From contig OZ361257.1 in assembly GCA_977018835.1 (NCBI GenBank), positions 3,100,001 through 3,164,000 of the forward strand: a DNA stretch of 64,000 nucleotides, written 5' to 3'. Positions 22,790 to 34,685 of this stretch are shown piece by piece. Within the stretch, counting starts at the first letter, position 1. The number at the start of each line of letters is the position of its first letter. The notes beneath the pieces are model-generated. The model saw nothing but the letters and a program-made list of their open reading frames with translations. It had not been told where the DNA came from and made no database searches. The position numbers and the translations under genes are program-made. This stretch comes from Minutocellus sp. GHC0000111. Its lineage: Eukaryota.

Positions 22790-24286
22790 GAGTGATTCCA
22801 CGAGACCGCCGACAAAATCGCCGTAAATTGTAAGGCACTAGGAATTTTTTTGTGCGATACTTTATGCAGCGCAAAAATGAACCCACTAAATGGCCTCTCT
22901 CAACACGGCGAAAGCAAGGAGAATTCATCTCCACAAGAAGGCCACCAAATGATGGTATAACGATAAATAACTCCAAACCAACCGATGTATACGCCAACTA
23001 CATGCGTTAGGTGAGTATTGCATACTTGAAAGCAAACTCATTCGTACATCATGTGCTATTTTAGCAACATCTCCTCATGCCCAGAAATTTTCAATATTTT
23101 TTACCCTCAAAATGGCAAAGAATGATGGCTGATGCTTGTCTGCATCCATTTCAATCCTCCCTGACCGGCATTACTTTCACTTGGGTAATATTGGGAGCAA
23201 GTTTGCGCCAGAGGGTCGATATTGGGCCCCATCTTTGTATCATTGTGGCCGTTACCATGGAAAGCAAAAACATCTGAAAGTAGCAAATCCCCAACTACAA
23301 CCCCCTTCAAGCCTCAACCACTGTTCCTTCACGCAATATCAGCACGCACGATGCTCATTCTATATTACATCCATCGATCTCACGTGTTGGTTTGGCCGCT
23401 TTCTCCGGTTTCGTTCCTCTCGGGCGGCAGAAGCAATGAAGGTGAAATCTGGTGCCGACATCAGACACGGGACTTTGGGAATAGTTTTCTCTATGAATTG
23501 TCAAGAAATGCCACCACCCCCCACTCAAATGCGCTTGGTATATATATGGGTGAAGCGTCGACGGCTCAGTGCAACGGAAGTGGTGCATGGACCGCATAAA
23601 AGCATCCGGACCAACTTTCGGATGGGTGGTGTAATGGGGGTGGTAATGGCGCTGGGCCACATTTCGCGGTACAGGCACGCACCGACGCACCGCTATCGCC
23701 CAAAAATCCCTTCCAGTAATATTCAGGAAGGCATCTAGGTGGTCAGAGTGTATGCGATGGCCGGGGTGGTGCTGTACATCGGGCGAACATGGTCGTGATG
23801 GAACGTCGGAAACTGTCGAAAAAATCGGGTCTAACGCGAACGAATTTTTCAAGGCTCAAAAAAGTAATTGCAAGTCTCCTGCTGCACCACAGTGTTGTGA
23901 AAGGCTATTACAAGGGTATGGTGCCCCGTAGTCTTGATTGTTCTCAATGGGAGGCACGTCGGCGACACATGTTGTGGCCCCATTCGTTGAACGAAATGGG
24001 TTTTGTTTCGTTATAAAGTTTGATGTATTTTTTCTTTCTTGAAACAGCACAAGTGTATTCTACGACATAAAAATAAATTTTCAAACAATAGTGTACCAAA
24101 AGAAACACTCTAATACCGTATCTATATCATGTGCTAAAAGAGCACCAAGATCATTGTACCAACTTCCTTTTATTGTTGATTATGGTCTACAATACCCTTC
24201 TGAGTAAGGATCATCAATAAAAGGAAGTTGGTACAATGTTTACGAAACATCGCGGAGGGGGTGTCTGCTCTCTCGTGAAATCACTC
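22790..24286. mobile_element. Non-autonomous DNA transposon, about 1.5 kb, TIR GAGTGATTYCACGAGA, TA target duplication
   Basis: TA|GAGTGATTCCACGAGA at 22788 and TCTCGTGAAATCACTC|TA ending at 24288; no recognisable ORF inside. Confidence 0.75.
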
Positions 24287-24302
24287 TATAGTATGATTTT
24301 TA

Positions 24303-24331
24303 TGAATGAATGAATGAATGAATGAATGAAC
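24303..24331. repeat. (GAAT)7 microsatellite
   Basis: Seen directly. Confidence 0.9.
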
Positions 24332-25839
24332 ACATGCATACTAGTACTCTAGCTACATGTACGTAGATCTAGTACATGCCGGACGGTACATGTGTGTGAA
24401 AGAAATGAATGGCAAGAGGGAGAGCGAGCGGCCGAGCGAGCGAGCGAGCCAACGATTTTTGTGACGAACATCCACGTCAGCACTTTCTGACTGCTGGCGT
24501 ACGTCGCACTTCGCTCAACAGTGCAAGCCAACAACAGCAAAACTCCCTCCGAAAGCACAAACGACTCCTGCGGAAGGAACTACCAGCGCCGGACCGCTGA
24601 TAACAGCGGCAGACTGTCAGTTCCGTACCGCCACGACACGGAGGTCGAATTGTTCGCTCTCGCATTCTCAGCATCTGCGCATCTTTCGAAGGTACGTGCT
24701 CGTTCCGCCATCGCTGCTGCTCCACCAGCAGCAGGCGGTCCCATTTATTGCCCGCATAAGGCCTTTTGATTTCGGATTGATCTCAGAGAGAAAATATCGC
24801 CGTGCGATTCATTTAGCTCGGCGGGGGGGCGGGAGAATTTCAGTGGGGGGAAGGCGTCAGGTCTTGCAAGAGAAGCGTTGAGCCTGAAGGAAGCCGTCTC
24901 GCGTTGAGGCGCGCACCCTATCAAAAGCTCCACCAGCAGCCAGGAAGCAGGCCGGGCCCACATCACTTTGGTGCTGGTTCACATCGTCATCAGCAGAGGT
25001 CGATAAACGTGCTTCGAATTGGGCGCCAACCATTGGCCTCCCCTAAATTCTCCGAGAGGAAAATTATTTTTGCGCGCCACTGGATACTTTTTTCCAGCAC
25101 AAAGGCATAAATCGATCGCACAAGCGAAAGGCCCACCCAGTCGCCGCTACGTCTGCCTGCTTCGTGCAAAGGAGCTGAGGAGTCATATCGTTGCCATGCC
25201 CCGGTCTGCCGTCATGTCGCACCCCGTCACTCCCACGACGTAAGCAAAGCAAACTCTTTTTCGTTTTCTTTTTCGCCCCCCTCGCCGCCTCGTTCTGTGC
25301 TTTTGCTCGCTCGCTCCTCGGTTGTGGTGGTGGAAGATCATTCGTTTGTGCCCCGCCTCGAACCCGTCTTCCTCGGCAACACTTGCGCGGGCTTGGGATG
25401 GCTCATGGCGAGGGTGTTCATTGTATCTAAAAAAGCGAGTTGGGCCTTTGGTGTTGGTTGAGATATCAATGGGTCGACGTCAGGTTTTGCGGGCGTGGAA
25501 GCGTCGCAGGACTGTGACACCTTCAGAGGAGGGATTCATTGGTCCCACCCGCACGAGTGGCGTGGAATTCTTTATGTGTATCCCTTTGCAGGCAGCTCCC
25601 TGCCTTGCTGGCGGGGGAAGTCAGCTACGTCAGTTCTGCTCTGTTCGGAGAGATGCAACGTGCTGCGTGGGAGAACGTCGGGATTTCGGGATCGCTTCCC
25701 TTTCTCTATGTGATATGCCCTCATCGATGCATATCCCCTCTTTCTCTGATCACAACACATGACACTGGCCAACTAAATTGACTAATCTTTCTTCTCCTCG
25801 CTCTTTACAAATCCATTGCACCCATTCAAAAATAAATCA

Positions 25840-28800
25840 ATGATGAACAGTCGAGCCAACACTCGCTCGAAAAAGATCAAACGAGACCCGCCCCCAACGA
25901 CTGGCGCAGCTGCTACCAGTACCGAAGATTCCCCCTCTGCGACGGTGTCCGCTACTGTTTCGTTTGCTACTCCCGACCGGGCTGATGGTGTTACTGCAGG
26001 GGTAGTAGGGGACGAGGCAACTTCAGCTTCCTCCGGAGCCGGAGCTGTTGCAGGAGGGACCACGACCAGTACCAGAACGCGATCGGGTCGGAGCCTGTCA
26101 ACCGAACCTTTGGGTAAGAGTACCAAGAACCGCGTTAGCGACGAGAAGGACATGGCGACTCCCGTCGCAGCCCCGACTCCAAAGGCTCCTGCAACTGTCA
26201 CTCCCCCCGATGATAAGGCCAACAACGCTCCTCCAAGTTCCGGTGTCTCTGGCGCCGGACCAACGATCACCGAACAGGAGCAGCCTCCCGTTGTGGCGCC
26301 CGACGGTGCCGGTGGTTCGACCTCAGCGACGACAAAGGCAGCGTCTCCTCCTACCGTCGATGCCAAGGAGGCGAATGTGGTCGACCCCAATGAACCTCAT
26401 CTGTCGCCAGGTGCCAAGCGCTTCGGGTTGAGGAAACGCAAATCCAAATCTCCTAGTCCTGTTGCAGCAGACGACGCCTCTCATGATGCCACAACTTCGA
26501 GAAGCAGAGACCAACAAGCCCCCAGAAGTCCTCGGCCATCTCCCGCCGCCGCGGCTGCTGCGGCGGCCGCGGCTGCTGTATCTTCTGCTGCCGCCACCAG
26601 TGGCTCAACCACGTCATCGCGAAATGTGACATTCTCCCCGGTTCCTCCCCAGCAGCATCACTATGCTGGAGGCAGTACTGCGACAAGTGGCGCCAGTGGG
26701 GGTGCCAAGCCATTGCCAACCCTTCATGAGGGCGAGATGTCGGCAACCTCAACCGTATCAGTTCCGTCTAATTCTTCAGATGGCGGTAAGAAGAAAACGG
26801 GGGGAGGTGGAAAGTCTGCCGCTGGCACCAAGTCATCTTCGAAGGATAAGGGCGGAGAAACGGGCAAGGAGAGGGGAGGCAGGGCTACTCCCACCAACTT
26901 CGCCACAGACTTCGGCGAGTCCATCAATTCGCCCTCGTTCCAGACCGGCGAGGGAGGTAAGCCAAATGCAGTTTCGACGGGACCGTAAAACACCCCTTTC
27001 TCTCGTGACGTATACAAACTTTGTGTCTTTATCCGGGACCTTCTTTAGCTATTTCCCTTCTAACCCAACTTACATCATTATGTGATACTTCTTTCACAGT
27101 CTTTTCATGGCTTCAATCACCCACTGGTATGTTTTCCCCAGGGGGATATGTTGCCTCAGCCGTGAATACGCCCCGAGAATACTACGGTGCTGGTCCTCGG
27201 ACGCCAAGAACACCGAGCGATCGCGCTGGCTTCTTCTTCTCCGACGTCGCCGGACTTCCATCTGGCGCCGAAGGATACTCCCCGCGCATCTCGGGTAGGA
27301 GACAGCCGCAGCATCCGTTGTCAAATCTCATCTGTGTTTCCCCTTTGGCCACCAACAAGAGTAAACCTGGCACACCAATCAATTACAAGAACATCTTTGA
27401 TTCCCCTCATGGTCGACACGCTACCGCAGGTGCAGGAGGTAGGGCGGCGCCTTATATGGGTAGCAGGAGCGGGAAGAAGGGAAAGAAGTCAGCAGATGCG
27501 ACGACCCTTGAGGCGGTGCACATGGCCGAGCGGGATCTTATGGAGGACGAAGACCTCAGCGTTTGGCTTCAGCTTGCATCGGCTGCGGCCCCGCGAGGCC
27601 ATCCAGCACATGCTCGATATGGCCAAATGGCTGGAGAGGCACCGTCCAACTTGCAGCTACCCGTAATCGGGAAGGGCGGTCCGGCCCACGCGGGTGGTTC
27701 GCCATCAAAGCTCGTGGCGAGAAAGGATGCACTCGGTAGTGCCGCACGGCATCCCGGCCAGCCTCGACACGCAGAGCATTTTCGGCCACCCGCTCTTCCT
27801 TCGGGGTCTGGGCCTGGCGCAAAGGGTGGCGCTTCTTCGACCAAGATGTCGACAAAGGGGGAGAAGAAAACACCGAGCCCGACGGCTGGCGAACCGGGAT
27901 CGCGGCCTGCCGGTCCAGGTGGAGAATATATGCACGGATATCACCCGTACCATCCAGGAGCCCACCCAGCATTTATGGGTCACCATCCGATGGGACCCCC
28001 CGGCGGCTGGAAGCCCGGTGCTGGCCCACCACCACCCCATGCCCGCGGGCCGCCTCCGTACGGTGCTCCTCCTCCTCCAGGTAGCGGTTCGAAAGAGAAA
28101 GGATCAAGTGCTCCACACCGCCCCATGTACCATCCCAACTTCCCTCCTCATATGGCGTATCATATGATGCATTTCCCACCTCAACCAAATGCTCGGCATC
28201 CGATGAATGCTGCCGCCTATGGTTCGCCGCCGAAGACGAAGGAAGGAAGCAGCCCCAACTCCAAGGGCAACGGCAGTGGAAAGGGCAGCGGTGCCAACAG
28301 TCCAAATGCAAGTTCACCTTCCAGGTCTTCCCCGAAGGCTGCGTCCAAGTCAAAGGAAAAGTCCAAGTCAGCGACTGCAACGAAGAGAAAGAGCGCAAGT
28401 GGAAGCCAGCCCACACCTACTTCGACCAAGAAGAGCAAACCAAGCTCACCCAAGAAGAAGAGCAAGTCGGCACGGAAGACGGGGGGTCAGGCTTCCAGCA
28501 CCGGCGGGATCGGCGGCGGCAGCACAAATTCAGCCGATCGGCAAAAGTCGACGAAATCTGCCGCAGCCATCACCGCCATTGCCGGGGGCAAGAACAAGGA
28601 GGCTGCCGCCCTTGCTGCCGCTATTCTGCGTGGCGTTACCATGCGCCCCTCGGGCAAGTGGCAGGCGCAGATGTACTTTGCGGGCAAATCACGATATATT
28701 GGTGTCTTTGACACTCGAGAGAAGGCCGCCCTGGCATACGAAATCGCCAGAGCGAAGCTCCAGAAGGCCAACAACAACAACACAGAAGATGCAGTGAACG

Positions 28801-28856
28801 AGGCTAGACGCGCCGCCTTTGACGGAGTTAACGAAAAGGACCCAAGGCGGAAGTGA
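25840..28856 (+). CDS. AP2/ERF-domain transcription factor with long disordered S/T-P-rich N-terminus; intron 26957-27099
   Basis: C-terminal RGVTMRPSGKWQAQMYFAGKSRYIGVFDTREKAALAYE; an in-phase GT-AG intron joins the two long ORFs. Confidence 0.88.
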
Positions 28857-29834
28857 AGATGTTATTGATTTTTCCCGCCTCTGACTCTTTCGGACCAGTG
28901 GCCGTACAGATGCATTCAGTAAAAAAAGATGGCAAGTGACAACGATGAAACTTACTACGGTGCCCACCAGCCACAAGTCAAGTCAAGTCATCAAGTCATT
29001 CGAACAGTTGTAATAGGAATGTAAATAGTAGCAAGTAGATCAAATTCAATTTAACGTCCGAATTCATTTTGAATTTGCTACCGGTTTTGTAGGTCCATCC
29101 ATCATTTCCCTCTACCGGTGGATTCGCATGTGAGAGGACATGTACCGGTACACATAGATCTACCCTGAACCGGTCTTTATTTTACCGGGACCGCCACTGA
29201 TGATGATAGGAAGGCTATCGATCGAAAACTGCATGATCTCAAATCCGGGTCCTCAAAAACCGTCATTTTGACCGGCCGCGCGAAGAAACGGCACAAAGCC
29301 TCGCAGCTCGCAGCCAGTCCAGCGGCCAGCTGTGCTGTACTATTTCACGCAATACTGCGTAGTAGTAGCAGGCATAAAAGTCATCAGCCAGTCTGAGCCG
29401 AGGCGTCGAAGGGTATTGCAGTCAGCGAAAATAGGTTGCTGCATCTTTCTATTTCTTCACTACACGTCGTGTCTCCTGCCTGATTTTCTGGTGCCGTCAG
29501 ATTGACTGCAACATCGCATCGCACGTTCCAACACTTAACTTGTCGCTCGACTGGCTCGTGAAGAGGAGATACGTTTGCTCGGTACAACAAACCAACATAC
29601 TCCTTGCGGCCGAGCATTTGGAACCATCGTGCTACGTAGTTAGTAGAAATTTCTAATGGAACATTTAGATGACGACGATGCGTGGGCTGACGCCGATATT
29701 GATGCCGAGCGTTATATGCCCGCTTTGTGCGTGAGGGTACTAGTACGGTTGGTGGTCGCTGCGCTATTGTTGGAGAGACGACGGAAAATGCTGATCTGTC
29801 GTTACAGGCATTAGTCGGCACCGCCCCAGCTGAT

Positions 29835-32765
29835 ATGGCTGGAAGCACCAGCAGTGATGAGGGGAACGACGTAGTTACAGATGATGTAATGGATAGTGAG
29901 AATGTCACCAGCACGTTGGTCGCAACTCCCGCTTCTTCGTCGACATTGCAGCTCTCTCAAGAGGAGGCTCCCAGCTTTGTATCGCCTCTCCCGCCCATGA
30001 CATCGACAGTGAGAGCAGGACCAACATCTTCAAGTGTCCACCATGATGAACCGGAAGTTAAGAGACAAAGAATAGATGGTGGCCAAGCAAGCATTGAACA
30101 GCAAGAAGAGAAAAAGGAAGGTGTCGGCCCCTCGGATGAAGTGCAAGGATCGGACTTTGGTCAGCTTGGACTTGTCAATGAGACCATAATTGAAGAAGAT
30201 TCCGAGGACGCGGAGGATACCGATGACGACAATGGCGATGCAGATGAGAGTGTTGACAGGGATTTATCAAGTCCGTTGGTAACGCGTTCTGGCCATAGCA
30301 ATACTGTGGGCGATGCTAACGCAAATGCTAATGCTGATGCCGATATGGCGTACCGAGAAGGCAGCCTTCAGGATATCGATCTGTCGCCATCACCTAGTCC
30401 ACTGCATGAAGTCAATGGTGATGGCAGGTTAGATCGATCGAGATCGCGCACAGTACTAGTAGGTCCACCGGATACATTGCAAAGCCCCAATCAGATTTCT
30501 TACAGAAGGGCTGGCGGAGACGATCCGCCCGCACCGATACGGTTTGGAACTTTCATCAATAAGCACATACTTCGAGCTAGGCGGCTGTTCAAGCGTGGTT
30601 CACGGGCCAAAGATGCGGACGGCGGAGGGAGTATTGCGGATACGGTCAAGTACGACCCGGCCACTGGAAGTCTTCTCCCTACTAGTGGTGATGCTGGTGC
30701 TTCAACAATGCATGCATCGGATTTGCGTCGGCGTAAGTCACGCATCCGGCAGTACTGCGAACGGACCGAATATGGTCGATCTATTTTGCGCTCGACATTG
30801 ACAGTCATGCATTTTCTTGGGCGGTTGCTGCTTTGGACTTCGATTGTTGCCATGGTGGTGATGATCATTTACTATTCACATGAGCTGAAACAAAATGGAA
30901 CTGACCCACATCTAATTTCGTGGTTCTCTGCCGGTGCTTTTGTTTTACTTGGCTTCCCTATATCCATCTACGGCATCTTTACCCACCTCAGCAACTACTA
31001 CCAGCCTCATATCCAGTGCTATGTTGTTCGGATTCTTTGGATGGTCCCCATATACTCGATCGAGTCCTGGTTATGTCTTCGATTCCACACATATGCGATC
31101 TACATCGAAACTTTACGTGATTGCTACGAATCGTTCGTCCTTTACAGCTTCTTTCAGTTTTTGATACAAGTCCTCGGAGGTGAGGAGCAGCTTGTATTGA
31201 TGCTGAAAGACAAATCCCCAACCAGAGGGGTTCATATATGGGGATTCGATTGGTGCATCAAACCGTGGCTTATGGGACAGCCGGTAAGTCGGACATATGT
31301 TGTGGCTCAGTCCGACCTTGGTGAAGATGCCACAGCAGCACAATCAACAGCAGCAACAGGCGGAGTAGGCGGATCAAAGGCACCTCGAACGATCAAGCAA
31401 GTTCGATGGACGTCACCATTTTTGGTCAAGTGCAAGCGCGGGATTTTGCAGTACGTCGTCCTTAAATTTGTATGCTCTGTATCAGCGATGCTCTTGGAAG
31501 TGTTGGGGTGGTATCACGAGGGTAGTTTTAGCCCCAAGTATGGTTACTTCTACATTTGCCTTTTGACCAATTTTTCGCAGTGCTGGGCGCTCTACTGTCT
31601 GGTGTTCTTCTACTATGCAACGAAAAATGAACTTGGGCCAATCCGACCGGTTGGGAAGTTTCTAAGTGTCAAGGCCCTTGTCTTCTTCACGTGGTGGCAA
31701 TCCGTCGGCATTTCGATCCTGTTTCAGATGGGCATGATTCCGCACTACAGCTTTGCCGAAGGCGATGGGAATGGAGACGGGGAGGACAGCAATTTAGATT
31801 GGACCGCAGAAGACGTTGCCAAGGGACTTCAAGACTATTTGATTTGTATCGAGATGTTTGGCGCGGCGATCTTGCACACATTCGTTTTCCCACACACGGA
31901 CTATCTTCAACCGATTGGCATCGCCGGCACGCCGACACAAAGGGCGTATTCGTCGCATGTTCCGGGCGGAATGCCGCGAACTGGAAAGAGGTTGGGTCGA
32001 AAGGGCAAGGTGTTCTGGAACGGGACTGCCTACACTGTGCACCGTGACGACCGAAGTGTTTGTAGCAAATCGAGCTCCATTGCACCAGATCAGTTTGATC
32101 TCGAGCTGGGTCCGGTACCGCCATCATCGGCGTTTGCCCCTTCCGCCGCTGTGATGGACGATGGTGAAGGTAATAATGCCACGCGCATTGCTCTATCATC
32201 AGATGAAGAGGACGATGTTATACCACGCCGAGCAAGCACAGGAAATACCTCTCAAATACGAGTAGCCGAACAAGACCGCGCTAGAGAAGAGAATGGTGGG
32301 GGCCATGGTCCTCTCTCGTCTGCCCCCGTCAGTGGGAGCAGCGGCATGGGTAGCTACGGCCAACACTCAGCACCGCCACAGCAGCATCCAACGCAGCCAA
32401 AGGGATTCGTGCACGCTTTCCTCGATAGTACTCTACCGAAGGATGTGTTGGACGAATCAGTCGGCTATCTCAGAGGTAATATGGTAGTCGAGAAGAAGAT
32501 GTTGTTAAGCCACGCGGCCACCTCAGATGAATACGATTTGTTTTCCAAGAGCTCTTCGAGGAGAAAACCGAGCATGACCGCGAGCATGGGAAGGTCCCGA
32601 AGAGCTACACCAAACAAGACGATCTTCCCCAAGAATATTGGCTACCCCGGTGTCCCGGTCATGAAATCATTAAAGAGCAAGATTGATTCAGCATTTCTAG
32701 TGCTTCCTTTGTCAGATCGCATGCAGAGGCTATCACGAAAGATATATTCGAAAGTATATATCTAG
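29835..32765 (+). CDS. TMEM184 / organic solute transporter Ost-alpha family membrane protein
   Basis: VVRILWMVPIYSIESWL, LRDCYESFVLY, CKRGILQYV, GKFLSVKALVFFTWWQ, LQDYLICIEM; exact ends uncertain. Confidence 0.9.
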   Translation: MAGSTSSDEGNDVVTDDVMDSENVTSTLVATPASSSTLQLSQEEAPSFVSPLPPMTSTVRAGPTSSSVHHDEPEVKRQRIDGGQASIEQQEEKKEGVGPSDEVQGSDFGQLGLVNETIIEEDSEDAEDTDDDNGDADESVDRDLSSPLVTRSGHSNTVGDANANANADADMAYREGSLQDIDLSPSPSPLHEVNGDGRLDRSRSRTVLVGPPDTLQSPNQISYRRAGGDDPPAPIRFGTFINKHILRARRLFKRGSRAKDADGGGSIADTVKYDPATGSLLPTSGDAGASTMHASDLRRRKSRIRQYCERTEYGRSILRSTLTVMHFLGRLLLWTSIVAMVVMIIYYSHELKQNGTDPHLISWFSAGAFVLLGFPISIYGIFTHLSNYYQPHIQCYVVRILWMVPIYSIESWLCLRFHTYAIYIETLRDCYESFVLYSFFQFLIQVLGGEEQLVLMLKDKSPTRGVHIWGFDWCIKPWLMGQPVSRTYVVAQSDLGEDATAAQSTAATGGVGGSKAPRTIKQVRWTSPFLVKCKRGILQYVVLKFVCSVSAMLLEVLGWYHEGSFSPKYGYFYICLLTNFSQCWALYCLVFFYYATKNELGPIRPVGKFLSVKALVFFTWWQSVGISILFQMGMIPHYSFAEGDGNGDGEDSNLDWTAEDVAKGLQDYLICIEMFGAAILHTFVFPHTDYLQPIGIAGTPTQRAYSSHVPGGMPRTGKRLGRKGKVFWNGTAYTVHRDDRSVCSKSSSIAPDQFDLELGPVPPSSAFAPSAAVMDDGEGNNATRIALSSDEEDDVIPRRASTGNTSQIRVAEQDRAREENGGGHGPLSSAPVSGSSGMGSYGQHSAPPQQHPTQPKGFVHAFLDSTLPKDVLDESVGYLRGNMVVEKKMLLSHAATSDEYDLFSKSSSRRKPSMTASMGRSRRATPNKTIFPKNIGYPGVPVMKSLKSKIDSAFLVLPLSDRMQRLSRKIYSKVYI

Positions 32766-33066
32766 ATCTACTGCATCGTAATCTAGCTACGTAGATCTAC
32801 GTAGCTTCATTAATCAAGTGCAGTTACATGTGCCTAGAATTCTGGTTAAAATCGATACGATACAGGTCTCTTGTGTCTATGAACAGCAATACTGGCCCAA
32901 GGAGACGGCAGACAGAGGCTACACAATAAGCATATTCCATCTATCTTCGAAAAGCAATGGAATTGAATATGCCTTCTATCACCACCCCATGCCTGCATTT
33001 CCGCCTGCATTCACTTTTCCGGTTGGGCTGCACGTCCGAACCGAGGGTTGTCGCCAGTCAAACAAA

Positions 33067-33318
33067 CTATCGACCCGATTTTCCCTCTTCATTCTCCAAT
33101 AGCACACCGCCTCCCGGAGCGCTCAAAAGACACCTCTCTCCCTCTTGTTTAATTTTTGCTTCGTTGAATAACACACGCCGCTTGACGATGGGATCGTACT
33201 TGACAAAGGCCAGCTTCTCCGGATTGCGCGACACATTCTTCCGAGTGGTGTAAAAGAAACCTGTGCCAACGGAACTGAGTAGCTTTATTGGGATTGTTTT
33301 CCCCTTCCCCCGGGCCAT
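33067..33318 (-). CDS. rpl33: Organellar (probably mitochondrial) ribosomal protein L33 with apparent C-terminal extension
   Basis: MARGKGKTIPIKLLSSVGTGFFYTTRKN...KLAFVKYDPIVKRRVLFNEAKIK. Confidence 0.9.
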   Translation of the reverse strand: MARGKGKTIPIKLLSSVGTGFFYTTRKNVSRNPEKLAFVKYDPIVKRRVLFNEAKIKQEGERCLLSAPGGGVLLENEEGKSGR

Positions 33319-33567
33319 TGACATCATCCTTGTGGCGTGCATGGTGCCACAAGCGCTGGTATACTCGTAGTCTCAGCCAGTAAGTAATAAGGCCAGGAGG
33401 CGTTGCGACGCACATCGGCGCCCGAACGATCGCCGGCCAGACCGTTATGAGGCAGATGCTCGCACTGTGCTCGATCACATCACGTCATCAGCTGATGATA
33501 CCTTTGCCTTCGTGCCTCCGCTCTCTCGTCACATACCATTGGTAGCAATCTACCGTTATTAACCAGG

Positions 33568-33990
33568 ATGCCACCGCCGGAAGTTATAGTGGGTGATAGA
33601 CTCATCCTTGCCATTGATATTGGTAGTAGTAGTATTCGCTGCTCTGCATATGGGATGGTCACGAGTGATGATGACAAAGGAAGTGCGAGTATATCGCGAG
33701 GAGTTGTGGCGTCGGTGGAGGGATGCTCATCTTCAATCAAGATGCAGGGTGTCGAGCCAAACACAGGCAAAGTTAGAATATACAGAAAGAATGATGGCGG
33801 CGATGAACAGTGCATGTTAGATGATATTGATAGTTGTGTCGATGCGACATTGGACAAAATAAGAAAGAAATATGGCGCGTCGAAGTCGTCCTACATTGTA
33901 TCGGCCGTGGCGTTCAGTACATTTGTGATGAATCTCGTGGGAATCGACCGTAATGGAAAGCCGGTAGGCAACGATGCCACCTTGTCGTAT
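33568..33990 (+). CDS. N-terminal fragment of an FGGY-family carbohydrate kinase (gluconokinase/xylulokinase-like), truncated near 33990
   Basis: LILAIDIGSSSIRC phosphate-1 motif and AVAFSTFVMNLVGIDRNGKPV; after LSY the sequence becomes the antisense of another gene. Confidence 0.75.
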
Positions 33991-34417
33991 CCCATTCTGT
34001 CGGTGTCAGAACCCCCGTCTCTGGATCCTGATCGTACGTCATACCTTGCTCGATCATTAGCTCATACGTACGCGCTGCCAATGTTTTGGCATCTGCCTTA
34101 TCATCTCTCGCCTTCCGCAGTTTCTCCAGGGCCTCTGGAGGCTCCACACCATCGGCAAGTTGTCCCTCGAGCGTAACAATGTAGGTTGTTGCGCTTTCCA
34201 TCAGCTTCTCTTCCAAAGTCTGTTCCGGCTTCTCTGGCATTGCAGAACCGAAATCAGATCCGAAATCGGACATTTGAAGGACTGTGCCGCCAAACCGGTT
34301 TTGGATTGTGCTGGCGGGAGCATGGCGCTGGCTGCGGGAGAAAGTGATGAAGGGAAACGCCCCCACTTCAGCAAATGTTGCCACGGTGAGTGCAAGCAGA
34401 GAAAGGGAGAGCTTCAT
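33988..34417 (-). CDS. N-terminal part of a signal-peptide-bearing (probably plastid) hypothetical protein, truncated near 33988
   Basis: MKLSLSLLALTVATFAEVGAF presequence; globular-looking sequence up to LTPTEWD, then antisense of the kinase fragment. Confidence 0.65.
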
Positions 34418-34685
34418 CGTTCCACTCTACTATGGGTAGGACGGGTACTCTCTATGGTAGCCTACTCCGTCCTTCGAGCTCTGAAATGGTGCATCGGCTT
34501 CCGCTCCGTCATCTTCAAGCGATGCCGCTTTCATCGCGAGAAGTACATGAAATCGTACTATGTTTATTTGAAGTTCCAGACGGCCAGACGGCCAGACCAA
34601 TCTCCACTCGCTCGCTCTGCTCTCACAACCGCACAACGGCCGCACAACCAAAACCAAGTCAAGATATCCATCCATCATCGCCACC

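Noticed and set aside
22790..24286. Fanzor/TnpB or transposase coding remnant inside the 1.5-kb element
   Set aside because: The listed ORFs and the frames I translated by eye show no RuvC, zinc-finger or DDE motifs
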